Notes under the pieces: generated by a model
The model's input: the letters and a program-made list of their open reading frames with translations, nothing else
Databases searched by the model: none
What the model was told of the DNA's origin: nothing
Position numbers and translations under genes: made by a program
Part shown: positions 26,613 to 37,277 of the stretch, piece after piece
How the letters are laid out: every line of letters begins with the position of its first letter
How positions within the stretch are numbered: position 1 is the first letter of the stretch
From: a virus
Taxonomy: Duplodnaviria > Caudoviricetes
IMG/VR virus record: IMGVR_UViG_3300018080_000186
Location: 1-62,665 of that record
Reading direction: 5' to 3' (one strand)
DNA: 62,665 nucleotides

Positions 26613-27113
26613 ATGGGTGAGGAGGAGAGGAAGAAGACGAGCGGCCCGTACTGCTACAGCGATGTGGTGGCCGAGGTGATCGATTCCCTGTACAAGGCCC
26701 CGAAGACCCACCAGATCCGAGTCCTCAACGCAGTCGCCGCCTACTACGAACTGGACGAGGACGAGGAGTGCGACTGCGAGGACGACTCGTGCGAGGTGGA
26801 TGCGACCTCCGACGATCCCCGCTCCACCCACACGAAGGCCCTCGTCCATCTCTACAGAGACGTCGAAGATGAGGAGGAGGTCGCCCTTCGACGTCTATGC
26901 CACAGGTTCTCGTTCTTCATGCTCCAGAAGATGATTCACAAGAAGAGAACCGACGGCTACTACGGGTGGGAGGAGAAGACCACCGACAACGCGAAGGGCC
27001 TGCGAGACGGCATCGAGAACCACTGGGAGAGGGACGACCGCTACGAGATCTCCAACCTCATCGACCTCGCCAACTTCTGCGCCTTCCTCTGGAACCTGGA
27101 GCGCGAGGCATGA
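26613..27113 (+). CDS. Hypothetical protein, possible MazG-like C-terminal domain
   Basis: M..K......GW....L......DLANFC.FLW pattern. Confidence 0.35.
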   Translation: MGEEERKKTSGPYCYSDVVAEVIDSLYKAPKTHQIRVLNAVAAYYELDEDEECDCEDDSCEVDATSDDPRSTHTKALVHLYRDVEDEEEVALRRLCHRFSFFMLQKMIHKKRTDGYYGWEEKTTDNAKGLRDGIENHWERDDRYEISNLIDLANFCAFLWNLEREA

Positions 27114-27571
27114 GCGGCGGGGATCTCGAGGGGGCCTTCGAGGAGCTCGGGGAGTTCTCGGTCAAGCCAGGGACCGGAATGCCGATCGTGGACTTCACCC
27201 ACCGCGACGAGGTGAACCAGTGCTTCGGCAAGATGGCCAAGCCTCCGAACTGGCACGTCGACAAGAAGTACTCCAACGGTCGCAGGTGGGTGCGGGGCAA
27301 GAAGAGGGACGAGGTCCTCATCGCCTCCATCGGCAAGGAGCAGGACGGGAAGGTGTGGCTGCACGTCTCGTACTCCCGGCCCCATCGGATGCCGAGCTAC
27401 GAGGACCTGCTCCAGATCAAGAAGCACTGGATCGGGGAGATGTCGAAGGCGATCATGGTCTTCCCTCCGAAGGAGTTCCACGTCTCGATCCACGAGTACT
27501 GCCTGCACCTCTGGTGCTGCCTAGACGAGGACCCACTGCCTGAGTTCAGTTGGGGAGAGGGGAGGATCTGA
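27110..27571 (+). CDS. Conserved phage hypothetical protein
   Basis: WLHVS.S...R.PSY..L..IK...FPP...V..H.YCLHLW motif. Confidence 0.65.
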   Translation: MSGGDLEGAFEELGEFSVKPGTGMPIVDFTHRDEVNQCFGKMAKPPNWHVDKKYSNGRRWVRGKKRDEVLIASIGKEQDGKVWLHVSYSRPHRMPSYEDLLQIKKHWIGEMSKAIMVFPPKEFHVSIHEYCLHLWCCLDEDPLPEFSWGEGRI

Positions 27572-28044
27572 TGCAGTTCACGCCAGCGAGCATCGACCAG
27601 ACTCTGAAGGGTCTGAAGCGGAAGACCAGGAGGCCATTCAGGGAGGGTGATAAGAGCACGACCGGCCGTGAGGGCGTGGCCTACGTCGAGGACAAAAATG
27701 GGCGACTGAAGTGGCGCCTCGGAAACACCTACGCCATCCAACCTGGCCGGGGGAGGAAGGGTATCGAGGGTCACCGGATCAAGATCATCGGGATCCAGTG
27801 CGAGAAGCTTGGGGACATCAGTCCAACGGACGCGATGGCCGAGGGCCTCGTGGTTGTGGCACCTGCTGGAGGAGGCTGCGATGGCATCTACGGGTACGGC
27901 CGAGACCCTGAGAAGGGCCACGACATCATGTGGACGGCCCCGAGCATCACCGAGGCCTACATCGAGATGTACCAGTCCATGCATCCGAAGGCGAAGCGCG
28001 AGGATCTGGTCTGGGTCCTCGAGTTCGATCTGGTGAAGTCATGA
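27571..28044 (+). CDS. ASCH (PUA-like) domain protein
   Basis: G.K..TRR, LGDIS..DA.AEG and VWVLEF motifs. Confidence 0.75.
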   Translation: MQFTPASIDQTLKGLKRKTRRPFREGDKSTTGREGVAYVEDKNGRLKWRLGNTYAIQPGRGRKGIEGHRIKIIGIQCEKLGDISPTDAMAEGLVVVAPAGGGCDGIYGYGRDPEKGHDIMWTAPSITEAYIEMYQSMHPKAKREDLVWVLEFDLVKS

Positions 28045-28614
28045 CCATGGACGACATCGAGGTGGAGGTGCGGGAGCGGCGCGAGCAGGGGTACAAGGTG
28101 GAGTTCGAGATGATCCACGAGGTCTACGTCAAGATGCCGCTCTCGCTCGACAGGGTCTCGGCGGCGAAGAAGGCCATCCGATGGGTGCGCGAGTACATGA
28201 AGACCCTCCCTGAGGGCCACAGGCTCCGTCAGGCCTGTCCGCAGCGCCATGTGACCCTCGGCAAGGACGGCCGTGAGAACGGCGGTCACTGGCTCGTGAA
28301 GTGCATCTGCACGCGCAAGAGCCCCGAGCCGCTGGAGACTGGCTGGAACGATCTGCTGGATCTGGATCTCGCGCAGATGAGGAGAATGGCGAGACCATGA
28401 AGATCTGCAAGGTCTGCGGCCGCGAGCTCCCCCTCTCGGCATTCCGGGAGCGCACGGTGCGCGGGAAGGGGACCTGGGTCGAGGGAAAGTGCCTGGAGTG
28501 CGCGAAGGCCTACGACACAGCCCAGAAGAGAGCACGGCGCCAGGGTGAGGGCAAGGAAGCCTACAACCGCTACATGCGCGACTACATGAGGAAGAGAGCA
28601 CTGGAGGGTAAGTG

Positions 28615-29439
28615 ATGAGGCGACATGAACTGAAGACATGGCCTGGTCCTTTTGACGAGATTCGTAGAGGGAACAAGACCCACGAGTTCCGCAAGGCCGA
28701 TCGTGGATTCCAGGTTGGCGATGAGCTGCTTCTACAGGAGTACGATCCCGAGAAGGAAGCCTACCTCGGATCCGACGACGTCTTGGTCCAGATCACGGCC
28801 ATCACCCACGGCCCCGCCTACGGGATCCCCGAGGGGTTCTGCGTCATGAGCATCAGGAAGCCCGAACCTTCGATGATGGACCTGTTCGACAAGCTCACGG
28901 GAGGACTGAACGAGAAGGAGCGCGAGCTCGTGCACGACTTCAACATCCGCAAGCAGGAGCACCTGCAGGACAAGGCCACGGCGGTGCTCAACCGGGTGAA
29001 GATCCTCCGCAACGTTTTCCACCGGGAGCAGCAGAAGTGCCTCAAGGTGGCCGAGCGGATCGAGGCCGAGGAGATGGACGTCGAGACCAGGGAGATCGCG
29101 GCCAGGAACGCCCGAGCTCGAGCAGCTCACTTCGGTGACAGCCTGCAGATGCTGCACCAGGAGTTCGAGGAGATCGAGGTCCTGGCCATCGACCAGAAGC
29201 CCCGGTGCCCGATCTGCGGCCAGGAGGTGAAGGACCTCGCCAGCCACTTCAAGGAGCACCAGGAGGTCAGGAAGCAGATCAACCAGGATCTTCAGGCCGG
29301 AGAGAGGGCTCGTGGCATCAAGTGGGCGGCTCCGGGGTTGCCGCTGGACCCCTTGATGCCGCTGGACCCGGCTCACAACACCAAGGTGGTCATGAAGGCC
29401 CTCGAGATCGAGCCCATCGCTGAGGAGGAGGAGCCATGA
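28615..29439 (+). CDS. DUF3850/ASCH domain fused to a coiled coil and C2H2-like finger
   Basis: HELKTWP..F.....G.K..EFR..DR.FQVGD.L.L.EYD motif; CPIC...H...H. Confidence 0.75.
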   Translation: MRRHELKTWPGPFDEIRRGNKTHEFRKADRGFQVGDELLLQEYDPEKEAYLGSDDVLVQITAITHGPAYGIPEGFCVMSIRKPEPSMMDLFDKLTGGLNEKERELVHDFNIRKQEHLQDKATAVLNRVKILRNVFHREQQKCLKVAERIEAEEMDVETREIAARNARARAAHFGDSLQMLHQEFEEIEVLAIDQKPRCPICGQEVKDLASHFKEHQEVRKQINQDLQAGERARGIKWAAPGLPLDPLMPLDPAHNTKVVMKALEIEPIAEEEEP

Positions 29440-29657
29440 TCGAGCTCAACACCGCTTGGCTCGGAAAGAGGCAGCGGGTGACCACCCGAATCACGCCTCA
29501 GCAGAAGGAGTGGGTCGTGAAGGAGTGCAAGAAGAGAGGGATCTCCGTCTCGGAGTTCCTGCGACTCCTGGTCATCGAGGAGCGCCGCCGCCACGCCGTC
29601 GAGTGGAGGGGCGACTACTTCAAGAACAAGTCGATGCCGCCCGAGGAGGAGCTATGA
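29436..29657 (+). CDS. Ribbon-helix-helix regulator
   Basis: RVTTRIT...KEW...CKKRGISVSEFLRLL. Confidence 0.75.
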   Translation: MIELNTAWLGKRQRVTTRITPQQKEWVVKECKKRGISVSEFLRLLVIEERRRHAVEWRGDYFKNKSMPPEEEL

Positions 29658-30212
29658 GGGAAAGAACAAACGGGCTGTTCGAGCTCGGCACATCACCGAA
29701 CAACGCAGAGCACCAGGAGGTGCGGGTCTCGTTCCGGGATCGCGGGGTGACCAAGCCTTCGGCCAGCTTCGAGAACGTGGGTGAGGCCGCGCTGTGGGGT
29801 CGCTGGTTCGTCATGGAGCGGACCAATGATCGTGGAGAGATCATCCGCACCGCCATCCCCATGGCGGCCATCTCGCAGGTCTCCGTCATCAGGGGAAAGG
29901 GGGAACCATGAAGAACACGAAGATCGAGGAGATCGAGATCGGGAAGGACGAAGCTGAGTTCAGTTACGACGCCGCGGATCTCGCCACCTCCAGATTCATC
30001 GAGACGTACCCTGGCCGGTTCACCCAGGTCAACGCCCAGGTCATCGGTGACAGGGAGGATTCATGGATCGTCCAGGTGATGGGGTCGAAGGGTCACGAAT
30101 CGGTCCTGGGAGAGAAGCAGGATGGACTGAGCCCAGGGTCGCCACGACTCCAGTACGAGGAGCACGACCACGAGTGCCCTGAGTGCGGGCACCAGTGGAA
30201 GGAAGGTGAGTG

Positions 30213-30374
30213 ATGGAGAAGCGAGAGCATCTGGTGCAGGCGCGACTGAGCAAGGGCGATTACGGATTCCTCGTCAAGGAGGCCGACAAGGAGGGGTGCA
30301 GCATCGCCGCCTACTTGAGGCGCCTGGTGAAGCGAGATCGACGTGCGGCCAGGCGGGCGAGGGGGAGGTCATGA
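30213..30374 (+). CDS. Ribbon-helix-helix regulator (53 aa, absent from the ORF track)
   Basis: Translated by hand: MEKREHLVQARLSKGDYGFLVKEADKEGCSIAAYLRRLVKRD...; coupled to both neighbouring genes. Confidence 0.7.
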   Translation: MEKREHLVQARLSKGDYGFLVKEADKEGCSIAAYLRRLVKRDRRAARRARGRS

Positions 30375-30977
30375 AGGAGACCCTCTACACCTGGATGGAG
30401 ACACAGGTGAGGTACACCGAGATCCGGGAGGAGTCCGAGAGGATCGAGAAGGAGTTCGAGGCGGCCGGGAAGGCCCATCGTGAGAGGTGGCCGCTCACGA
30501 AGAAGATGAAGGACGCCATCTACGGGGCATTCGCTGAGGGCCGACCTCTCTGCTGCAAGGAGGGAAGGAAGGTGCTGAAGGAGCTCGGAGTGGATTCGTG
30601 CTGGCGCGAGTACATCAATGACTGGGCATACAACTCCCTCGGATGCACCGAGAGCGACAAGCCCGGGGGGTGCTTCTACGAGAGGTACCTCGAGAACCTC
30701 AGGGTGTTCCTGTACGGAGGGAAGAGGACATGAAGACGGAACTGGCCTGCCCGGAGTGGTACGCGGATATGACCCGCGAGCGACAGAACGCGGTGTTCTC
30801 GAGGTGCATGACCAAGCTCGGCCTGGGGCAGCAGCTCCTGGACTCAGAGCTCGACCTCATGAAGTGGATCTCCCAGGAGAGCGTCAATGCGGCCATGATG
30901 CAGAGCATGGCCCACGAGGTCCTCGAGGAGGTGGACGAGGACGCCATCGAGCAGGTGGCGAGAGGAGGGTACCCGCG

Positions 30978-31745
30978 ATGACTGACTCGAAGATCTCCTG
31001 GGCAACCAAGAGCTACAACCCGATCCGCGGCTGCGATCCGATCAGCCCGGGCTGTGACAACTGCTACGCCTCGAGGATGGCGCACAGGTTCATGAACCCG
31101 AAGTCACCCTGGAAGGGCCTGGTGGACGAGGAGACGGCCGAGTGGAACGGCCGCGTGGTCTTCGATGAGAAGTCCCTCGACCTGCCGCGCCGGTGGAGGA
31201 AGCCTCAGCGGATCTTCGTCTGCTCGATGTCCGACCTCTTCAGCAAGAAGGTGCCGGACTCGTGGATCAGGAGGGTGTTCTCGGTGATGATCGCGAACGC
31301 GCATCACACCTACCTGGTCCTGACGAAGAGGGCAAACCGGATGAAGAACTTCCTCACGATGCACGAGGGAGATCAGTACAAGCACTGGCCTCACATCTGG
31401 TTGGGAGTGACCGCGGAGAACCAGGCCTATGCGAACTACAGGATCAGGAAGCTGATCCAAGTCCCGGCCGTGAACCGGTTCGTCTCGGTGGAGCCGATGC
31501 TCGGGCCCATCGACATGGAGCCCGAACTGGACTCCGGGAAGATCCACTGGGTCGTCTGCGGCGGAGAGAGCGGGGCCGGTCACCGGAAGATGGAGGAGGC
31601 CTGGGCCCTCGACCTCATGGACCAGTGTGAGAGCACGAGGGTCCCCTTCCACTTCAAGCAGCACTCGGGCCCGCGTCCCGGGTGGAAACCCGAGCTGGAC
31701 GGCGTGGAGCACCGGTGGGTTCCCCCGCTGCCGGGAGAGCGGTGA
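30978..31745 (+). CDS. Phage Gp37/Gp68 (DUF5131) family protein
   Basis: SKISW....NP..GC..ISPGC.NCYA, IFVCSMSDLF, S.EPMLG, WV..GGESG motifs. Confidence 0.92.
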   Translation: MTDSKISWATKSYNPIRGCDPISPGCDNCYASRMAHRFMNPKSPWKGLVDEETAEWNGRVVFDEKSLDLPRRWRKPQRIFVCSMSDLFSKKVPDSWIRRVFSVMIANAHHTYLVLTKRANRMKNFLTMHEGDQYKHWPHIWLGVTAENQAYANYRIRKLIQVPAVNRFVSVEPMLGPIDMEPELDSGKIHWVVCGGESGAGHRKMEEAWALDLMDQCESTRVPFHFKQHSGPRPGWKPELDGVEHRWVPPLPGER

Positions 31746-32098
31746 TGAACGATCTTGGATGTAGTTGCATTATCGATTACGGGCACGACTGCGATCCGCC
31801 CGACTGCTTCAGCGAGAAGATGGTCACGGCCCGCAAGGAGCACAAGTGCTGCGAGTGCGGCGAGGCGATCAAGCCAGGTGAGAAGTACGAGAAGGCCACC
31901 GGTGTCTGGGACGGGAAGTGGGATACCTTCAAGACCTGCTTCCTCTGCGTGAGAGTGAGGAACGCATACTGCTGCACCTGGGAGTACGGGGGGCTACGGG
32001 AGACCCTCTGGGATGCACTGGGGATCGACTACATCACCGGGGACTCCTGGGACGATGACGACGATGAAGAGCCGGAGGAGGTGACCGATGACGTGTGA
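31745..32098 (+). CDS. Conserved phage zinc-finger protein
   Basis: ARKEHKCCECG..I.PG..Y......KTC..C. Confidence 0.7.
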   Translation: MNDLGCSCIIDYGHDCDPPDCFSEKMVTARKEHKCCECGEAIKPGEKYEKATGVWDGKWDTFKTCFLCVRVRNAYCCTWEYGGLRETLWDALGIDYITGDSWDDDDDEEPEEVTDDV

Positions 32099-33584
32099 GC
32101 ACAAGGACGGGCTCGTGGCGTGTCCATTCTACAGCGGAGTGGAGGCTCGCGACTGCGTGAAGGGGCAGGAGCTGGACTGCCCCGAGGAATACCAGGACGG
32201 CTGTTTTATCCCGTGCGACTGCGCCGATGGTGATGACGTTGTTTCACGGGTGATACTCAACCAGAAGACTGGGGAGGTGAGATTCGAGGCAGTGCCCAAG
32301 CCCCCCGCCGACGGTGAGCGGGTGGCGGAGTTGGAGGGACGAGAGTCTACATGGAAGGCCGAACTCGATCTCACGGCAGCATGGCAGAAGCGAGCCGAGA
32401 CAGCAGAAGCCGACCTCGCCACCATGCGCCCCGTGGTGGAGGCCGCGGTGGCGCGAGAGAGTAAGTGCAACCGTGCTCGCATGTTCTGTAAGGACTGCGA
32501 AGACCAGCACATCTGCGCCGCCGTCGAGAAGTACAGGGAGAAGTGATGGAGCAGGAGATCAGTTGTTATACTTGTGGTGCGAAGTGGATCACGTCGGAAC
32601 CAGAGGGTTGCCCCTGGTGCAAGTTGAAGGCCGCCGAGAAGGAGCGGGACGAGGGGGTGGTGGTGGAGGTTGGCCGGTGCAACTGTGCCAGCGGCATTAC
32701 CCTGCGTGACCCGAGGTTCGCTGGACTCGTGAGGTACGTCCCCGGTACCCGCCTGCGAATCGTGGAGGTGCCCAATGAGTGACAGCGACAACCGCAAGAT
32801 CGAGTTGCCAGACTACTGCTGTCCATGGGGTGGTTGGAGCAAGGGTGGTGACGAGGACTGCGACCACGACTATCCGCCAGAGTCGAAGAAGGAACACGAT
32901 GAGTACGTGTGCTGGTCATGCTCGAAGTGTGGGATGAAGCGTTGCTACGAGGTGTACCAATGAGCGAACGAACATGTGAGAACTGCACTGGCTACGGGCA
33001 TTGCGGAGAGCGTCAAGACGACGGCACCTGCATCATTCCTGACCGCGGCACCACGCACCACGGGGTCGATAGGTGGTCACCATCGATAGAGGCGTTCGAG
33101 GCCGCCGAGAAGGAGATAGAAGATCAGAAGCACCGAGAGAGGGTGCTTTACGAACGGTGCGGGCACCTACAGGACGGACGCGACATTGCCCTCGCTCGCG
33201 TGGCCGTGATCAAGGAAGACGTCCGGGTGAGGGTCGACATCGCGGGGGACGACAAGAGGTACGCCCACATCAAGCTCTCGATGTCGCAGATCCTCGACAT
33301 CATCGGCGCCGACCTGAAGGTCGAGCGGATCGATGCCAAGCACGCGAGGGTCGCGGTCAACAAGGAGGCGAAGCGGATGGGCGTGGAGAAAGATGGCTAC
33401 CTGCTGCTCGTGAAGGTGACGCCATGACCGAGAAGAAGCACTGCGGGAACTGCAGGTGGTTCGACCCGTGCGTGGCGCGGCTGCTGAAGGGCGTGGGCCG
33501 TTGCATGAATCCTGAGATCTGGAGAGGACAGGCCCTGCAGGGGATGCCGCCGAAGCAGTCCAACTGTTGGGAGGAGAAGAAGTC

Positions 33585-34178
33585 ATGAAGAAGCTGACGA
33601 TCGCGTTCGACATCGACGGAGTCCTGAGGGACCTGGTTGGGTACACCCTCTCGAAGATGGATCCGCCGAGAAGCCCAGACGAGCTCCAGGCCTACGGAGA
33701 CTTCGTCAAACTGTTCCGCGGGAAGGAGGAGTGGAGATCGTTCGTGGACGGGAGCGGAGCCTGGTTCAACGCGATGCCCCATGGTGCCATGCGCGAGATC
33801 TTCTACGATCTGTCCTCGAGGCATGTCTGCATCATCGTGACGAGCAATTCTCATCCCATCGGGCAGCTCGCAACGATCGACTGGATCCGAACCAGCCTGA
33901 CCAAGAAGCCCCTCGACATCCACTTCGTCAACGACAAGACGCGGGTGCACTTCGACGCCATCGTGGAGGACATGCCGATGAACGCCATCAAGGCCGCGAA
34001 GAAGGGGCGACTGGCGTTCTTGGTGAAGCGTCCGTGGAGCTTCATCCCGGAAGGCAATCGGAAGAACCGGTCGTGGGCCCCGAGGCTCGTCAGTCTGCCC
34101 GAGGACGAGGTGGCAGGCCCCGTGATGGTCCGAGAGCTGGAGTACTGGCAGAGGTTCGCGAAGGAGAAGAAGTCATGA
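33585..34178 (+). CDS. HAD-family 5'(3')-deoxyribonucleotidase-like protein
   Basis: FDIDGVL motif I, VTS, K, and IVED motif IV. Confidence 0.8.
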   Translation: MKKLTIAFDIDGVLRDLVGYTLSKMDPPRSPDELQAYGDFVKLFRGKEEWRSFVDGSGAWFNAMPHGAMREIFYDLSSRHVCIIVTSNSHPIGQLATIDWIRTSLTKKPLDIHFVNDKTRVHFDAIVEDMPMNAIKAAKKGRLAFLVKRPWSFIPEGNRKNRSWAPRLVSLPEDEVAGPVMVRELEYWQRFAKEKKS

Positions 34179-34509
34179 GAAAGTTCGACTGGAAATCGTT
34201 CGGAGTGCGCCGACGCATGGTTCACCCGAGCGAGCACAGTGTCGCTGCGATCAAGAACCTCAATAGGCGCGTGAGTGCGATAGAGGAGGCACAGATGCCG
34301 GACGCCGATCTCGGTCCCGAGGTCATGCGGATGATGGGTCAGAAGCAGCTCGAGGAGATGGATCTCCAGTTCCGCGTGGACGAGTTCGTGGCGTGGGTGA
34401 AGGGCCTCACGCACCCCGACATTTCAGCAGAGGGCACGGAAGCATGTGTCGGTGCAACGAAGGGGGAGATGCTCGCGAAGCTGCGCGAGCTCGGCCTTGT
34501 GGAGAAGCC

Positions 34510-34770
34510 ATGAGCGGCGACAGCAGCACGGCGGATCTGATGAACGCTGCGGTGAAGCAGCAGTCGGCCATCGATGAGAAGGCGAAGCGGATCCCGCCGC
34601 TGTACCGGAACTGGTACCTCAAGGCGATGGAGGGGAACTCTCGCAAGAACGCGATCACGGCGATGTGCCTGGACTGCACGAGCTGGAACCGGATCGAGGT
34701 GGAGAGGTGCTCGTCGCTGGCGTGCCCCCTGTACATGTACAGGCCGTACAAGCCCGAGGAGGAGCAGTGA
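34510..34770 (+). CDS. Small four-Cys phage protein
   Basis: AI.A.CLDC......V..C....CPLY.YRP. Confidence 0.65.
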   Translation: MSGDSSTADLMNAAVKQQSAIDEKAKRIPPLYRNWYLKAMEGNSRKNAITAMCLDCTSWNRIEVERCSSLACPLYMYRPYKPEEEQ

Positions 34771-35287
34771 TGCGAAGAGGAAGAAGGACTTCGATGCCAA
34801 AGAAGAAGGTGTCCCGGACGGCGCCGAGGACTCGACACATGAGCTCCACTACGAAGATCAATGTGCCGTCCCCCATCATCGAGATTTCGCAGTATGGATA
34901 CCAGGGGAGCACGAACAAGATCGACAGAGTAGTCATCGGGGACGACCCCGAGATCATCTACATGGATGTGATCTCCGTGAAGGTGTTCGAGAGTCACGTC
35001 GTCATCGGGAAGAAGGATGGCAACAAGCGGACTACTACCCTTATTCCGATCTCGGATGCCGTCGAGGTTGTCATCGAGTCCAGATATATGAGGAACGAGG
35101 AATGGAGGAAGGAGGGGGTGAGGGAACTCGGGGCCCAGTGCAACCACACCTGCAAGTACTGGACGGACGGTGATGGATCTGAGGGGCCCGGTGGGAGAGA
35201 TGGATGCACGCTGTCCACAGAAGATTCCGAGGTGTGCCTCCGAGACGACACCCTGGAGTATTGGGAACCGCGGCCGGGGAAGGAAGC

Positions 35288-35896
35288 ATGAGCGCCACCC
35301 GGGGGATCAACGACCCCAAGAGACGCCCCCACGACTTCTACAGGACGCCTGAGTGGGCCACCAGGGCGATCCTCCCCGTCCTCGAGGAGCACATCAGGCC
35401 CAGGGCGATCCTGGAGCCTGGGGCCGGCTCAGGGGCCATCGCCTGGGTCATCCACCTGAGGTGGCCCAAGGCCGAGTACGTGGCCATCGAGTTGAACATC
35501 GAGCACCAGTGGTCGCTCCGCAACCTCGGAGTGGGCCTGACCATCGGTGACTACCTCGAGCAGGACGACAAGCTCCTGGTCCCTCCCTACGACCTGGTCA
35601 TCATGAATCCGCCCTACTCGGGGCCCAAGCGCCAGGACCTCGTGATGGAGTTCACGAAGCGGGCCCTGGTGCACGCCGGCAAGAAGGGGGTCGTGGCAGT
35701 GCTGACCCGGCTCAACTGGCTCGGTAGTCAGAAGAGGGCCCAGTGGCACAGAGACCACCGGCCCTTCGTCGGGATCCTGCCGAAGCGACCCTCGTTCACC
35801 GGGGACGGGAAGACGGATGCCGTCGAATACTGCTGGCTGGTCTACGGGATCCCGGATCTGCGCGGGCAGTGGCGGATCCTCGAACTACCGAAGTGA
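35288..35896 (+). CDS. DNA amino-methyltransferase (N6-A/N4-C)
   Basis: DFYRTP, LEPGAGSG (motif I), NPPY (motif IV). Confidence 0.88.
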   Translation: MSATRGINDPKRRPHDFYRTPEWATRAILPVLEEHIRPRAILEPGAGSGAIAWVIHLRWPKAEYVAIELNIEHQWSLRNLGVGLTIGDYLEQDDKLLVPPYDLVIMNPPYSGPKRQDLVMEFTKRALVHAGKKGVVAVLTRLNWLGSQKRAQWHRDHRPFVGILPKRPSFTGDGKTDAVEYCWLVYGIPDLRGQWRILELPK

Positions 35897-35906
35897 TGGG
35901 GCTCTT

Positions 35907-36326
35907 CTAGCCCTCGTCGGGGATGTCCTTGGCGGGGTTCTGCTCGCCGGCTTCCTTGCAGAGCTGCTCGAGCGTGTCCGAGATCTTCGGCCACATCTCG
36001 GGGGGGAAGCAGGCCAGGAGTTGCGAGGCTGCCGCCCCGAAGTCTCCCAGGCCACCGGCAGGGGTCGGCGCCGGATCCCCAGGTTTCCAGGCCATGGGGT
36101 CGCGGGAGGCTGCCTTCTGGCCGCCTCCGAGGGTCGAGCCCACCGCGTTCGTGACCATCTCGATGATTCCCCCGGCCGAGGGCTCCACGTCGAGCTCGAG
36201 GAAGCGGGCCACGGAGCCCAGGACCGCTGCCTGGCTCCCGGGGTCGTCCAGCTCCACCAGGGCCTTCACGCAGTCGGTGTGGGCCCCCAGTTCCCTCTCC
36301 AGTGATTCCTTCATATTCTCGTCCAT
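35907..36326 (-). CDS. Acidic hypothetical protein with its own leftward promoter
   Basis: GGAGG RBS; TTGACT (36387-36382)-N18-TACGTT (36363-36358) upstream. Confidence 0.7.
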   Translation of the reverse strand: MDENMKESLERELGAHTDCVKALVELDDPGSQAAVLGSVARFLELDVEPSAGGIIEMVTNAVGSTLGGGQKAASRDPMAWKPGDPAPTPAGGLGDFGAAASQLLACFPPEMWPKISDTLEQLCKEAGEQNPAKDIPDEG

Positions 36327-36638
36327 CTCATCCTCCTGTAGGCCCCGCGTCGAGGACAACGTAGCAGGGCCCTGAGACGGTAGTCAAGCAGGCCGACGAC
36401 TGGTGACGGCCAGATCTGTCCGTGACGGGGCGAAATTGGACCGTCAGGGGCCGTTCGCGCACCGTGCATCCGGTCGGTACCCCCGCGATCCACGGCGATT
36501 CTGGGGCGTCTGGGGGCCCCTGAGGGCCATGAGGCTGGAGGCTGGATTGAGGGATTCCCGGACCAGGGGCTGAGGGGCACGAACCCCCCAGGGGCCTGCA
36601 GGGCCATCATGCAAGTATACGTTATGGTATACCCCCCT

Positions 36639-36664
36639 GTAAGTAAATCCCCATATTTACTTAC
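36639..36664. repeat. AT-rich perfect inverted repeat, 10-bp arms with a 6-bp spacer
   Basis: GTAAGTAAAT-CCCCAT-ATTTACTTAC in an intergenic region. Confidence 0.85.
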
Positions 36665-36720
36665 TGGACATACCACGAGTCTTCATGCTACCTCTTCTGA
36701 AGGTGAAGGAGGGCCCATGG

Positions 36721-36900
36721 ATGGCGTCACATCTGCTGCTGGAGAAGGACAACTTCGGAGTTCTGACAATCCGTCTGCTCTGCATGGAATGCGGGAACAC
36801 CTGGTGGGTATCGGAGTCGGAGAAGGACCGCATCTGCACCTGCCCGTGCTGCCACCACCGCTCCAACGTCCAGCAGGACCGCCGGCGGGCCCTGCGGTGA
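36721..36900 (+). CDS. Zinc-ribbon protein
   Basis: CMECG...CPCC; AAGGAGG RBS. Confidence 0.6.
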   Translation: MASHLLLEKDNFGVLTIRLLCMECGNTWWVSESEKDRICTCPCCHHRSNVQQDRRRALR

Positions 36901-37277
36901 GGCCGGTCGTCCGTGGTGACTGCATCGACGGCCCTCGGCCGTGCCCGTGGGTCGGGTGCCGATACCACATGCTCCTCGAGTTGGCACCGAGAGACCTGGG
37001 GCTCGGGGGCAAGAAGCTCCGGCGCGGCGACCCGGATGTGCTGGTCAACTACCTCATGAAGATGCGCGACACCTGCGTGCTCGACCTGGCCGAGTACCCG
37101 TGGACCCTCGACCAGATCGGTCGGCTCTTCGACGTGACCCGTGAGCGCATCCGCCAGATCGAGGACAAATCACTCAAGAAGCTACGTGCGAGGCTTGGGG
37201 GAACCACCAACCTCGAAGAGATCAAGGAGCTCCTGCGCGAGGTGGGGGCCGCACACAGAGAAAGGGATCCGTTCTGA
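36897..37277 (+). CDS. Sigma-70 region-4 HTH protein with Cys/His-rich N-terminus (late activator candidate)
   Basis: RGDC..GPRPCPW..C.YH...TC.LD; TLDQIG..FDVTRERIRQIE.K.L.KLR. Confidence 0.85.
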   Translation: MRPVVRGDCIDGPRPCPWVGCRYHMLLELAPRDLGLGGKKLRRGDPDVLVNYLMKMRDTCVLDLAEYPWTLDQIGRLFDVTRERIRQIEDKSLKKLRARLGGTTNLEEIKELLREVGAAHRERDPF

